Assembly (NCBI GenBank): GCA_051294375.1
Contig: CM119266.1
Coordinates: forward strand, 25,982,851 to 26,046,850
Source: Paraspadella gotoi
Taxonomy: Eukaryota > Animalia > Chaetognatha
Length of the DNA: 64,000 nt
Direction: 5' to 3'
Both the position numbers and the translations under genes were made by a program. Positions 1 to 14,260 of this stretch are shown here, in pieces. How positions within the stretch are numbered: position 1 is the stretch's first letter; each line of letters begins with the position of its first letter. A model generated the notes under the pieces. The model saw only the letters and a list, made by a program, of their open reading frames with translations. It was not told where the DNA came from and ran no database searches.

Positions 1-172
1 TTTATTAGGGAAGGAAGATATCAAAAAATAATACATAAATCCTGCTTATTGATTTTTGTTTTGTTTATCCTTTGATTATTGTTATTTTAGAGAGAACAAA
101 GAAGAGAGAAGTTTTTGCAAGTTGGAAAGAGAGCGAGAGAAGAAAGTAAAAAACAAAGAAAGAGAAAGAAAT

Positions 173-212
<40 letters not shown>

Positions 213-546
213 GCTCGACTCTCATGATGAATATGTTCCTTTTTCTTTGTTTTGATGTTTCGTCGATTCTGTGGCGGCTTTTTGGAGAATAAAAAAACAA
301 CATTTTCACGAAACATTTTGGCGAAACAGCCAACGAAAATGGTTGACTCGAAATATCATTCGATCTTTCTCGCTCTTCGACAACCATCGTCTCAAATACT
401 TTTTCTTTCTTTTCTTTTTGTTTTTTTTTTATGTTTTCATTTAGGGTAAATTTTTTATTGCTTGTTATTCCGTTTTGTTTGAATTTTTGTTTTGGCGGAG
501 GAGGGGGCGTTTTACGCAGGATTTCCCGCTCACGCTTAGACGCCGC

Positions 547-643
<97 letters not shown>

Positions 644-2905
644 TCAACCTGTCTCGTCAACTACATTCAATATTTATACAGCGGCTTAAAAAAAAAGCTC
701 ACTGCGCTTTGCGTACTCCAGGATTACCCGGCCATCGTCTCTGCGCCGTTAAAAGCCTTACTCTCGTGTCCCGTCCGTTCGCATCAAATCTCCAATCCAA
801 AAAAAAAATCGCCAGGCCTCTTTTTTACTTTTTCCGCATCGCGACAGCCTGGCGTCTCGTTGTCCGCCTGCTCAACCGAACAGCTCTCACTGTTCTTTTT
901 TTTTTTAATGAGAGAGCTGTCTGAATTGATCTCGAGTTGACTTCAATTGTTCTCCTTCAGTAGATATTTTTTTTTAGTCTTTCGTTTTCTGTTTCTTTTT
1001 TTTTTTTTTTTACTTTCGTCGATCGCGGAGTTATGACCGCGACGAATATTTTTTTACTTGGGTTTTGACTCGTTATTATAACATTTTTTGAAATAAATTT
1101 TACTTTTACATCGTAAAAATGCATAAACAAAAGATAAAATTAAAACTTGAAGAAGGCCGAAAACCGAGATTGTCTCTGTCGATGGAGATCGTTAAGGTTA
1201 ATCAAATAATCAATCAATACACCTTATCTTACATCATATTCATACATATTTAAAACTCCTGAGATTAAAAAAGCGTCGTGACATCTGCTCCTTTGTTTCT
1301 CTTTCTTTCTCTCTAATTATACATATCTGTTTTTTTCTTTCTCTCTCTCGCTCTCGCTCTCTCGCCTGGTTATTACACCGCCAGCGCCAACACGGCGAGG
1401 TCGAAACCCTCAGCACCGCCCGCTATCTCTCTCTCTCTCTCTCTCTCTCTCTTACTGGTCTGTTTTATATCACTTATCTATCAGAGTTTTTTTTTTCTCG
1501 TCAATTTTGATGACAGTTTTTATATAATCAACGGACAGTCATCAATCGTGTCTCTACGCGGTTTGTCCGTTTGACAAAATTGTGAAAGGACTTTCCAACA
1601 TAAACTAAGCAAGACTGCAGTTATGTCTACTTCTCCGCGAAAGATGATATCGATAACGCCTTCAGCGAAATTCCCAACGTGGTGGCCGTCGTCGTCGTCG
1701 TCGTCGTCGTCCTCGGCATCCTCATTGTCTTCGTTCTCGCTCGTGTCACGAGAGTCGACTTTGCGAAAAATCGATACAACGAGTCAAGTTCTCAGCGAAA
1801 AAGTTCTGCTCGATTAAATTTCTTTGACAAAACGAAAACAATCTTCTCTTTTTCTCAAATCCCGATTTCGTTTTCTGTCCACAAATTATTTTTTCTTCAT
1901 CTCCGCTTTCGTCGCAATCCTTTTTTTTTTTGGGGGGGGGGGAGGAAAGATTTATGTGGGGTCGAGGTGCAGGGTGGTGGGGCCCGGTGGGGCGATTATT
2001 AATCTTCTCTTCCGGTTCGACGGCGCTTTAATCAAATTCTTCCGCGGGTCTTAATTCAAGTCGCCGATTCAGCGTCGATTCAGCGTCGATTCAGCGTCGA
2101 TTCAGCGTTCCTCGACGGGAGTCGTTCGCTTAATCCTTCGTCTGGTCCGAATTATACGCGGGCCGATCGCCGTAACTGGACCGTAAATGGACGCCCACGT
2201 TGGGTCAACGGTGACGCTCGCCGACACATGACGCAAGCGGTGATTCTCGTTTACGACTTCGTCACTCGCCGCNNNNNNNNNNNNNNNNNNNNNNNNNACC
2301 AAACTTTGGGCCAAAGCCATATAGTTGCTCTGACAAAAAATGGCGGGAAGAACTTTAAAAAGAACCATAAGCCTTCCAAAAATCAAAACTGCTAATAAAG
2401 TTATATTATTTTTATTATTATTTATAATTATCATTGATATTTATGTCTATATCGTATTTATTATTCTTATTTTTTCTCATAAACTAGTTTCTGAATTATA
2501 TAGACGTTACATAAACCGAAATATCAATTAATGGAGTCAACAGAATAAATATACGTAAAACATTTAAGAGCCGTTTTATGAGGAAAGTAAAACGAAAGTC
2601 AGAAGCAACAAGAACCGCAGCTGTGAAGGCAGGGGAAAAAAAATACTCCCCAATGACAAGCATTATTGCCGACTCCAAGCCACTGAACGTCTCCTACTTA
2701 TGACAGCCTCGCTTCCATACATCGATTTGGAAAGAAAAAAAAAACCCCGGGCGCGGAGACGAAGCCATCCAAAGAAAACGGTTTTCACGGACCAACGCGT
2801 TCGCGTTCAAGGACTTCAAGACCTTTTGATCCGCCGTCGCTTTGTTGGAAGAAAAACGTTTCACGGTTTGTAAGTATTAATGGTTGGTGGTAAATATATA
2901 ATGGT

Positions 2906-3019
2906 ATGGAATTGGTAAAACAAATATAAAAATTATCCATTCATTTAATAAATAACTTAATAAGCTATCTTACCCTGACTTTGGACAGGCTTTTGTGGTT
3001 TAAGGCCTCCATCACTCTT
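2906..3019 (-). mobile_element. Short R1 copy (duplicated at 7468-7581 and 12835-12948)
   Basis: Reverse complement of the R1 core and terminal segment. Confidence 0.8.
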
Positions 3020-4420
3020 AAAAGATAATGTAAGTGTGTATATATAATGCTGGTCGTTTCTGTTTTAATCTGTTTTAAAAATCCAGTGGCTGCGTCATTT
3101 ATGTACAATACAAATGCTTTCGGGTTAAAAAACGAAGGATGAAAATTTGGGAGACCAAATTTGATGAAATTATAATGGAAATAGGTTAAGTAGATTGATA
3201 AAAATTGCCTGAATTATTTAAAGGTACGCTAAAATGACAAACTAAAAAAAAATTGCATTGACGCAAAAGCGGCGGCCGCCTGGGAAAAAAAAAAAAATAG
3301 CAAGGTCACCCATCCGTTCGTTCTCTCTCCGTCGCGCGGACCATGAACCGGAAACGCGTTACGTCCCTTTTATCGTTTCCTGACGAGAATACAGAACATT
3401 TCTCCACAGTCAGCCTTCAGTGCCCGAGCTGTTGTTGTTGTGTTGTTGTTGATGTCTTTCGCGGATTTTTTTGTTGTTGTTGGAAGCTTAAAAAAAAAAC
3501 GTAGTCGTAAAATCGGTGGAGATTTGTTGTTGAATTGTTTAAAAGTTCAGAGAGCAGTTCGGAGAGCAGTTCGGGAAATCAGTTCTTACACTGTTAGTTG
3601 ATTTCGAATTTTCACGTTGGTTGAATTCGCTGAAAGAATTAATTCGAACGCGACGGAAGATTTACGGGAGGAAGGAAGAAGAAAAATGACCGGCGAGGCG
3701 CGGTGGCGTCTCGGGCACACCTTGTCGAGCGTGTCGGAAGGAAGATGTAGATGTGGAGTAGAAAAGATTTATAAAAAAACTGTTTTATTTAAATAACAAA
3801 ATCAAACTTTATGTAGGAAAAATCGTAATTTTCTATTTATCGTTTCATTTCTAAATATATTGTAATTCTTGACTCAATAGTCCTTGCTTGTCAGAAGATA
3901 AATTATTCAAGGGAGCACTGGGGTCGCGGAATCAATTTCGAACAAAACAGAAGCAAAAACCCATAAATTGTTCCGAAGATGCTTCGTTTTTCCTTTTCCT
4001 TTTATTAAGTCTCATTTCTTTTCTTTTTTCGTCGTCGCTTTCGTCGTAGTAATTGTCGTCGTCGTCGTCGTCGTCGACTAAGCTTTTATTGTATTTTGCG
4101 CCGCAAATGTCCACATCGTGGTCATCGTCGTTGTCGTTGTAGTTGTTGTCATCGACATCGTCTTTCCTGTCGTCGTGAACAATTTCGTCGTCGTCGTCGT
4201 CGTCGTCGTCGACGACGTCATCGTCTCTGTGGTTAAAACTAAAAGATGGAGATTCTATGCAGATGGCGGAACCGAGAGAACAAAGAGACGGAAAAGTAGG
4301 GAAGTTTTTTTAAGTTTTTTTTTTTTTGCAAAGAAAATTAAACGTAAAAATGTAGTCGAGTGGAGAGAGTTTGTTACTGAGAGAATAGAAAGAAAAAGAG
4401 TAAAGGATGATAACGAGTAA

Positions 4421-4518
<98 letters not shown>

Positions 4519-4529
4519 AGAGACATAGG

Positions 4530-4794
4530 GCAAGAGCGTCTGAATGAACGAGAACAGAATCGTAAAGTTGACGTTTGTTCGGAAAAGAAATATAGATGGT
4601 TGGAAGACAATAGCAATTCGGTTTCGTCCTTTGAAAATTCTCTCGCTCTGGTGGTTGCAGTGTCGGCAATGGTGGTCGAGGTGGGGATGGGGTGGTAGCG
4701 ATGGCGGCGGGACTGGTGGCTTCGGTGGCGGTGTCTATAGTGGTTCCAGTAGCGATGGTGGTTGTGGTTTCGGTGTCGGTTGCATTGGTGGTTT
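4530..4794 (-). CDS. Possible Thr/Pro-rich exon (ETTNATDTETTTTIATG...PSPPRPPLPTLQPP...NCYCLP); duplicated at 9092-9356
   Basis: ccacctccag acceptor and an open mucin-like frame, but no clear donor; the opposite strand is also open (Gly-rich). Confidence 0.22.
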
Positions 4795-5478
4795 CTGGAG
4801 GTGGAATTATTTGATAACCTTGTCATATTCACAAAGAATGAATTTTTATTAAACAGTATATACATATTAAGAAATGATGTTGGGATTACATAATTTGTTT
4901 TTTAAGTACGTTTCTAATTTGATTCTCTTTATATGCTTCTGTATCATAATTTATGTTAATGAAAACCACTCATTAAGCAATATAAGTATAACAGATGATA
5001 AAGGCGGCGTAAAAAGTTCAAAAACTATCACTATCACTATCACAAAAACTATCAGTAGAGGTGAGTTGTCAGAACTAAGGAGCGAGAGGCTGGAACGGCG
5101 ATGGAACATTTGGGTGGGACAAGAGACGAAAGGGCAAACTGGTGGAAGGTGGAAAAAGGCAAGGCTGAGGTGGGTTGGGTTAGTCGAAGGCAGGTGGAGA
5201 ATGAAACAATTGGAACTTGGCTGAGAAAGACGGCATCGTTGCCGTTGGTTACCGGAAGTTAAAATTCATTCTCCGGCGGCGGGAGGGAAGAAAAGAGAAA
5301 GGACTCAAATGAGTGAAAGAATTTCGATGGCAAAATAGAAAAGAAATGGAAAACAATGGGGACTCTTTTGGTGAGTCGTCCCGCGAAGATAAAAGAAGAT
5401 CGTTCACAGGAAAAACGACGTCGTCCGAATGTGGAATACGGCGTAATTGGTCGGGCCTAGAAGCGGAGATCGGCAAGT

Positions 5479-5828
5479 GGACTGTTCTAAACTTGTTTGG
5501 TTTTTTGATCAAATCAAGCAAAGCTACAGACATTTAGTACGTACATTGGGTTAGGGTTTTTTTTTAATCGGATTCGTCCTTTTCGATAACATCTCCGTTG
5601 GAGGTTTAATTAGTTTCAACAATCACGAAGGTTCCCAAGAGCCAAGAGAAGATGCGGCGCCGAGGAGATACTGGAGACATCGTCCGCCTAAGCAGACGTC
5701 GTCCGCATGGAAACGAGAAAATTCTTTTTGAGTCGAAGAAATTTTTTTTTCTTTTCAAAACCAATAAAGCGGAAAAGCGGTGGAGATATCGACGGGGGAA
5801 AAAAGGATTCCATTTCTTCCAGGAATAC

Positions 5829-5867
<39 letters not shown>

Positions 5868-6436
5868 CTGGAGGCGTAAACTTTGTCGTCTTCTTTGTCT
5901 TCGTCTTCATTGTCGTTTTCGTCGTCGTTATCATCATCGTCATCGTAATCATCATGATCATCATCATCGCAGTTTCAAACGCGTCCTCTGAGAATAGAAT
6001 CCGTCAGAGAGACGCGCCGAGTTTGACGCGCAAACAGGTTTGTTCCGTCGGCGCCGCGGGGCGCGCGCGTCGCCAGAGAGAACGACGATCGTATATTGGA
6101 TTTTCTCTGGAAAATAATCGAGCGCCGAGGAAGGGGGGGGGAAGGGCGCGGGGGACGGGACGGGAGTGGAAGTAGTGGGCGCTCGATTATTTTCCAGAGA
6201 AAATCCAATATACGATCGTCGTTCTCTCTGGCGACGCGCGCGCCCCGCGGCGCCGACGGAACAAACCTGTTTGCGCGTCAAACTCGGCGCGTCTCTCTGA
6301 CGGATTCTATTCTCAGAGGACGCGTTTGAAACTGCGATGATGATGATCATGATGATTACGATGACGATGATGATAACGACGACGAAAACGACAATGAAGA
6401 CGAAGACAAAGAAGACGACAAAGTTTACGCCTCCAG

Positions 6437-6484
<48 letters not shown>

Positions 6485-6834
6485 GTATTCCCTGGAAGAA
6501 ATGGAATCCTTTTTTCCCCCGTCGATATCTCCACCGTTTTTCCGCTTTATTGGTTTTGAAAAGAAAAAAAAATTTCTTCGACTCAAAAAGAATTTTCTCG
6601 TTTCCATGCGGACGACGTCTGCTTAGGCGGACGATGTCTCCAGTATCTCCTCGGCGCCGCATCTTCTCTTGGCTCTTGGGAACCTTCGTGATTGTTGAAA
6701 CTAATTAAACCTCCAACGGAGATGTTATCGAAAAGGACGAATCCGATTAAAAAAAACCCTAACCCAATGTACGTACTAAATGTCTGTAGCTTTGCTTGAT
6801 TTGATCAAAAAACCAAACAAGTTTAGAACAGTCC
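5479..6834. repeat. Fold-back inverted duplication: arms 5479-6126 and 6178-6834, 51-nt spacer
   Basis: Near-perfect reverse complement around ...GAGCGCC[spacer]GGCGCTC...; ends at a gap. Confidence 0.95.
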
Positions 6835-6859
6835 NNNNNNNNNNNNNNNNNNNNNNNNN

Positions 6860-8982
6860 ACCAAACTTTGGGCCAAAGCCATATAGTTGCTCTGACAAAA
6901 AATGGCGGGAAGAACTTTAAAAAGAACCATAAGCCTTCCAAAAATCAAAACTGCTAATAAAGTTATATTATTTTTATTATTATTTATAATTATCATTGAT
7001 ATTTATGTCTATATCGTATTTATTATTCTTATTTTTTCTCATAAACTAGTTTCTGAATTATATAGACGTTACATAAACCGAAATATCAATTAATGGAGTC
7101 AACAGAATAAATATACGTAAAACATTTAAGAGCCGTTTTATGAGGAAAGTAAAACGAAAGTCAGAAGCAACAAGAACCGCAGCTGTGAAGGCAGGGGAAA
7201 AAAAATACTCCCCAATGACAAGCATTATTGCCGACTCCAAGCCACTGAACGTCTCCTACTTATGACAGCCTCGCTTCCATACATCGATTTGGAAAGAAAA
7301 AAAAAACCCCGGGCGCGGAGACGAAGCCATCCAAAGAAAACGGTTTTCACGGACCAACGCGTTCGCGTTCAAGGACTTCAAGACCTTTTGATCCGCCGTC
7401 GCTTTGTTGGAAGAAAAACGTTTCACGGTTTGTAAGTATTAATGGTTGGTGGTAAATATATAATGGTATGGAATTGGTAAAACAAATATAAAAATTATCC
7501 ATTCATTTAATAAATAACTTAATAAGCTATCTTACCCTGACTTTGGACAGGCTTTTGTGGTTTAAGGCCTCCATCACTCTTAAAAGATAATGTAAGTGTG
7601 TATATATAATGCTGGTCGTTTCTGTTTTAATCTGTTTTAAAAATCCAGTGGCTGCGTCATTTATGTACAATACAAATGCTTTCGGGTTAAAAAACGAAGG
7701 ATGAAAATTTGGGAGACCAAATTTGATGAAATTATAATGGAAATAGGTTAAGTAGATTGATAAAAATTGCCTGAATTATTTAAAGGTACGCTAAAATGAC
7801 AAACTAAAAAAAAATTGCATTGACGCAAAAGCGGCGGCCGCCTGGGAAAAAAAAAAAAATAGCAAGGTCACCCATCCGTTCGTTCTCTCTCCGTCGCGCG
7901 GACCATGAACCGGAAACGCGTTACGTCCCTTTTATCGTTTCCTGACGAGAATACAGAACATTTCTCCACAGTCAGCCTTCAGTGCCCGAGCTGTTGTTGT
8001 TGTGTTGTTGTTGATGTCTTTCGCGGATTTTTTTGTTGTTGTTGGAAGCTTAAAAAAAAAACGTAGTCGTAAAATCGGTGGAGATTTGTTGTTGAATTGT
8101 TTAAAAGTTCAGAGAGCAGTTCGGAGAGCAGTTCGGGAAATCAGTTCTTACACTGTTAGTTGATTTCGAATTTTCACGTTGGTTGAATTCGCTGAAAGAA
8201 TTAATTCGAACGCGACGGAAGATTTACGGGAGGAAGGAAGAAGAAAAATGACCGGCGAGGCGCGGTGGCGTCTCGGGCACACCTTGTCGAGCGTGTCGGA
8301 AGGAAGATGTAGATGTGGAGTAGAAAAGATTTATAAAAAAACTGTTTTATTTAAATAACAAAATCAAACTTTATGTAGGAAAAATCGTAATTTTCTATTT
8401 ATCGTTTCATTTCTAAATATATTGTAATTCTTGACTCAATAGTCCTTGCTTGTCAGAAGATAAATTATTCAAGGGAGCACTGGGGTCGCGGAATCAATTT
8501 CGAACAAAACAGAAGCAAAAACCCATAAATTGTTCCGAAGATGCTTCGTTTTTCCTTTTCCTTTTATTAAGTCTCATTTCTTTTCTTTTTTCGTCGTCGC
8601 TTTCGTCGTAGTAATTGTCGTCGTCGTCGTCGTCGTCGACTAAGCTTTTATTGTATTTTGCGCCGCAAATGTCCACATCGTGGTCATCGTCGTTGTCGTT
8701 GTAGTTGTTGTCATCGACATCGTCTTTCCTGTCGTCGTGAACAATTTCGTCGTCGTCGTCGTCGTCGTCGTCGACGACGTCATCGTCTCTGTGGTTAAAA
8801 CTAAAAGATGGAGATTCTATGCAGATGGCGGAACCGAGAGAACAAAGAGACGGAAAAGTAGGGAAGTTTTTTTAAGTTTTTTTTTTTTTGCAAAGAAAAT
8901 TAAACGTAAAAATGTAGTCGAGTGGAGAGAGTTTGTTACTGAGAGAATAGAAAGAAAAAGAGTAAAGGATGATAACGAGTAA

Positions 8983-9080
<98 letters not shown>

Positions 9081-10040
9081 AGAGACATAGGGCAAGAGCG
9101 TCTGAATGAACGAGAACAGAATCGTAAAGTTGACGTTTGTTCGGAAAAGAAATATAGATGGTTGGAAGACAATAGCAATTCGGTTTCGTCCTTTGAAAAT
9201 TCTCTCGCTCTGGTGGTTGCAGTGTCGGCAATGGTGGTCGAGGTGGGGATGGGGTGGTAGCGATGGCGGCGGGACTGGTGGCTTCGGTGGCGGTGTCTAT
9301 AGTGGTTCCAGTAGCGATGGTGGTTGTGGTTTCGGTGTCGGTTGCATTGGTGGTTTCTGGAGGTGGAATTATTTGATAACCTTGTCATATTCACAAAGAA
9401 TGAATTTTTATTAAACAGTATATACATATTAAGAAATGATGTTGGGATTACATAATTTGTTTTTTAAGTACGTTTCTAATTTGATTCTCTTTATATGCTT
9501 CTGTATCATAATTTATGTTAATGAAAACCACTCATTAAGCAATATAAGTATAACAGATGATAAAGGCGGCGTAAAAAGTTCAAAAACTATCACTATCACT
9601 ATCACAAAAACTATCAGTAGAGGTGAGTTGTCAGAACTAAGGAGCGAGAGGCTGGAACGGCGATGGAACATTTGGGTGGGACAAGAGACGAAAGGGCAAA
9701 CTGGTGGAAGGTGGAAAAAGGCAAGGCTGAGGTGGGTTGGGTTAGTCGAAGGCAGGTGGAGAATGAAACAATTGGAACTTGGCTGAGAAAGACGGCATCG
9801 TTGCCGTTGGTTACCGGAAGTTAAAATTCATTCTCCGGCGGCGGGAGGGAAGAAAAGAGAAAGGACTCAAATGAGTGAAAGAATTTCGATGGCAAAATAG
9901 AAAAGAAATGGAAAACAATGGGGACTCTTTTGGTGAGTCGTCCCGCGAAGATAAAAGAAGATCGTTCACAGGAAAAACGACGTCGTCCGAATGTGGAATA
10001 CGGCGTAATTGGTCGGGCCTAGAAGCGGAGATCGGCAAGT
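6860..10040 (+). repeat. Direct duplicate of 2298-5478 (offset 4562)
   Basis: Identical ORF sets at a constant offset; both copies start immediately after a 25-N gap. Confidence 0.95.
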
Positions 10041-11078
10041 TACGCCGTATTCCACATTCGGACGACGTCGTTTTTCCTGTGAACGATTTTCTTTTATCTT
10101 CGCGGGACGACTCACCAAAAGAGTCCCCATTGTTTTCCATTTCTTTTCTATTTTGCCATCGAAATTCTTTCACTCATTTGAGTCCTTTCTCTTTTCTTCC
10201 CTCCCGCCGCCGGAGAATGAATTTTAACTTCCGGTAACCAACGGCAACGATGCCGTCTTTCTCAGCCAAGTTCCAATTGTTTCATTCTCCACCTGCCTTC
10301 GACTAACCCAACCCACCTCAGCCTTGCCTTTTTCCACCTTCCACCAGTTTGCCCTTTCGTCTCTTGTCCCACCCAAATGTTCCATCGCCGTTCCAGCCTC
10401 TCGCTCCTTAGTTCTGACAACTCAACCTCTACTGATAGTTTTTGTGATAGTGATAGTGATAGTTTTTGAACTTTTTACGCCGCCTTTATCATCTGTTATA
10501 CTTATATTGCTTAATGAGTGGTTTTCATTAACATAAATTATGATACAGAAGCATATAAAGAGAATCAAATTAGAAACGTACTTAAAAAACNNNNNNNNNN
10601 NNNNNNNNNNNNNNNNNNNNNNNNNNNNNNNNNNNNNNNNNNNNNNNNNNNNNNNNNNNNNNNNNNNNNNNNNNNNNNNNNNNNNNNNNNNNNNNNNNNN
10701 NNNNNNNNNNNNNNNNNNNNNNNNNNNNNNNNNNNNNNNNNNNNNNNNNNNNNNNNNNNNNNNNNNNNNNNNNNNNNNNNNNNNNNNNNNNNNNNNNNNN
10801 NNNNNNNNNNNNNNNNNNNNNNNNNNNNNNNNNNNNNNNNNNNNNNNNNNNNNNNNNNNNNNNNNNNNNNNNNNNNNNNNNNNNNNNNNNNNNNNNNNNN
10901 NNNNNNNNNNCCCCACCTCGACCACCATTGCCGACACTGCAACCACCAGAGCGAGAGAATTTTCAAAGGACGAAACCGAATTGCTATTGTCTTCCAACCA
11001 TCTATATTTCTTTTCCGAACAAACGTCAACTTTACGATTCTGTTCTCGTTCATTCAGACGCTCTTGCCCTATGTCTCT

Positions 11079-11176
<98 letters not shown>

Positions 11177-13558
11177 TTACTCGTTATCATCCTTTACTCT
11201 TTTTCTTTCTATTCTCTCAGTAACAAACTCTCTCCACTCGACTACATTTTTACGTTTAATTTTCTTTGCAAAAAAAAAAAAACTTAAAAAAACTTCCCTA
11301 CTTTTCCGTCTCTTTGTTCTCTCGGTTCCTCCATCTGCATAGAATCTCCATCTTTTAGTTTTAACCACAGAGACGATGACGTCCGACGTAGCCCATTTTG
11401 CACAAGTTTAATTTTCTTTGGCAAAAAAAAAACTTAAATATAAACTGTACCGCTACTTTCGCGATCGCTTCTGTACTTTATATTGTTCATCAAGCACTCA
11501 GTGGTATATCGCGCCCAAAATACCTTGCCATAGTTTAAGATCATAAATTCATCTTAGTTTTAACCACCAATGAGACGAGGTTTTGATGTTACGAGTATCA
11601 GTAACGTTAACTTGAGCTTTCGACGAACGACGAAATTGTTCAGGTCAGACGACAGGAAAGACGATGTCGATGACAACAACTACAACGACAACGACGATGA
11701 CCACGATGTTGGCACTTTGCGGCGCGCAAAATACAATAAAACTTAGTCGACGACGACGACGACGACGACAATATACCTAGACGATAAGCGACGACGAAAA
11801 AAGAAAAGAAATGAGACTTAATAAAGGAAAAGGAAAAACGAAGCATCTTCGGAACAATTTATGGCGTTTTTGCTTCTGTTTTGTTCGAAATTGATTCCGG
11901 CGACCCCAGTGCTCCCTTGAATAATTTATCTTCTGACAAGCAAGACTATTGAGGTCAAGAATTACAATATATNNNNNNNNNNNNNNNNNNNNNNNNNTTA
12001 GAAATGAAACGATAAATAGAAAAATTACGATTTTTCCTACATAAAGTTTGATTTTGTTATTTAAATAAAACAGTTTTTTTATAAATCTTTTCTACTCCAC
12101 ATCTACATCTTTCCTTCCGACACGCTCGACAAGGGTGTGCCCGAGACGCCACCGCGCCTCGCCGGTCATTTTTCTTCTTCCTTCCTCCCGTAAATCTTCC
12201 GTCGCGTTCGAATTAATTCTTTCAGCGAATTCAACCAACGTGAAAATTCGAAATCAACTAACAGTGTAAGAACTGATTTCCGAACTGCTCTCCGAACTGC
12301 TCTCTGAACTTTTAAACAATTCAACAACAAATCTCCACCGATTTTACGACTACGTTTTTTTTTAAGCTTCCAACAACAACAAAAAATCCGCGAAAGACAT
12401 CAACAACAACACAACAACAACAGCTCGGGCACTGAAGGCTGACTGTGGAGAAATGTTCTGTATTCTCGTCAGGAAACGATAAAAGGGACGTAACGCGTTT
12501 CCGGTTCATGGTCCGCGCGACGGAGAGAGAACGAACGGATGGGTGACCTTGCTATTTTTTTTTATATTTTCCCAGGCAGCCGCCGCTTTTGCGTCAATGC
12601 AATTTTTTTTTAGTTTGTCATTTTAGCGTACCTTTACATAATTCAGGCAATTTTTATCAATCTACTTAACCTATTTCCATTATAATTTCATCAAATTTGG
12701 TCTCCAAATTTTCATCCTTCGTTTTTTAACCCGAAAGCATTTGTATTGTACATAAATGACGCAGCCACTGGATTTTAAAACAGATTAAAACAGAAACGAC
12801 CAGCATTATATATACACACTTACATTATCTTTTAAGAGTGATGGAGGCCTTAAACCACAAAAGCCTGTCCAAAGTCAGGGGTAAGATAGCTTATTAAGTT
12901 ATTTATTAAATGAATGGATAATTTTTATATTTGTTTTACCAATTCCATACCATTATATATTTACCACCAACCATTAATACTTACAAACCGTGAAACGTTT
13001 TTCTTCCAACAAAGCGACGGCGGATCAAAAGGTCTTGAAGTCCTTGAACGCGAACGCGTTGGTCCGTGAAAACCGGTTTTCTTTGGATGGCTTCGTCTCC
13101 GCGCCCGGGGTTTTTTTTTTCTTTCCAAATCGATGTATGGAAGCGAGGCTGTCATAAGTAGGAGACGTTCAGTGGCTTGGAGTCGGCAATAATGCTTGTC
13201 ATTGGGGGAGTATTTTTTTTTCCCCTGCCTTCACAGCTGCGGTTCTTGTTGCTTCTGACTTTCGTTTTACTTTCCTCATAAAACGGCTCTTAAATGTTTT
13301 ACGTATATTTATTCTGTTGACTCCATTAATTGATATTTCGGTTTATGTAACGTCTATATAATTCAGAAACTAGTTTATGAGAAAAAATAAGAATAATAAA
13401 TACGATATAGACATAAATATCAATGATAATTATAAATAATAATAAAAATAATATAACTTTATTAGCAGTTTTGATTTTTGGAAGGCTTATGGTTTCTTTT
13501 TAAAGTTCTTCCCGCCATTTTTGTCAGAGCAACTATATGGCTTTGGCCCAAAGTTTGG
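6860..13558. repeat. Fold-back inverted duplication: arms 6860-10008 and 10040-13558, 31-nt spacer
   Basis: CGGCGTAA...TTACGCCG junction. The right arm has gaps (10591-10910, 11973-11997), scattered indels and a garbled tract at ~11383-11640. Confidence 0.95.
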
Positions 13559-14147
13559 GTTCAATTGCCTCTTCCAACCGGTAACCGGTAACGAGAGGGT
13601 AACAAACTATAAAACTTCATCTATCCTCGATAACTTCTGATTAGTTGGGGCTTTAAAGGTTTAAAAAACAAAAGATAAAACTCACAAAATCATTTCTCGA
13701 GCCACGGGTGGTCACGTTCTTTTCTCGCTTTATTTCTATATAGCTTTTAAAGCTTTTTTTCAACTTTTTTAATAGATTTTTTAAAGCGGTTTGCGGTTTT
13801 GGAGCACATGCCCCTTATTGACTTTTTTCCTTTCTCCGACCCACCTGTATTTGTTTTCTCAATCGTTCCTCCTTGGCTCCTTCACTTCTCTTTTCTTAGA
13901 TCGAGTTTCACTCCCCCTTTTCTTTTCTTTCTCTCCTTTCTATATTTTCTCCTTTTTTTTTCTTTTTCTTTTCTCCCTCAAACTTTTCTTCTATTCATTC
14001 ACTTGAGATGAAAGGGACCTTTTTCTCCTTCTCCTTAAAGTGATTTTTGGAACCAGATTTAGGATTTTTGACCAGAAACTCAATTTATTCTCCTCTCTGG
14101 CTTTTATTGAAAAGTTTTAATCTTTCCTTCATTTCTTTCTTTTTTTA

Positions 14148-14260
<113 letters not shown>

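Noticed and set aside
65-940. Long ORFs with RERERE / SLSLSL runs (also at 4255-4669, 14129-15385, 28460-28897, 38218-38970, 44758-45147, 62727-63203)
   Set aside because: They are translations of stop-free (GA/CT)n microsatellites or pyrimidine tracts, with no splice or domain support.
2700-2869. PRARRRSHPKKTVFTDQ...QGLQDLL, reminiscent of a homeodomain N-terminal arm, followed by gtaagt
   Set aside because: Helix spacing is wrong and no WFxNRR exon was found; other frames are equally open.
5610-6130. GC-rich block with His/Arg-, Val/Ile- or Asp-rich frames
   Set aside because: All frames derive from (GTC/ATC)n triplet repeats, with no consistent splice sites; it lies in a fold-back arm.
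10422-11342. ORFs of 160-270 aa
   Set aside because: They span the 320-N gap and microsatellite; artefacts.
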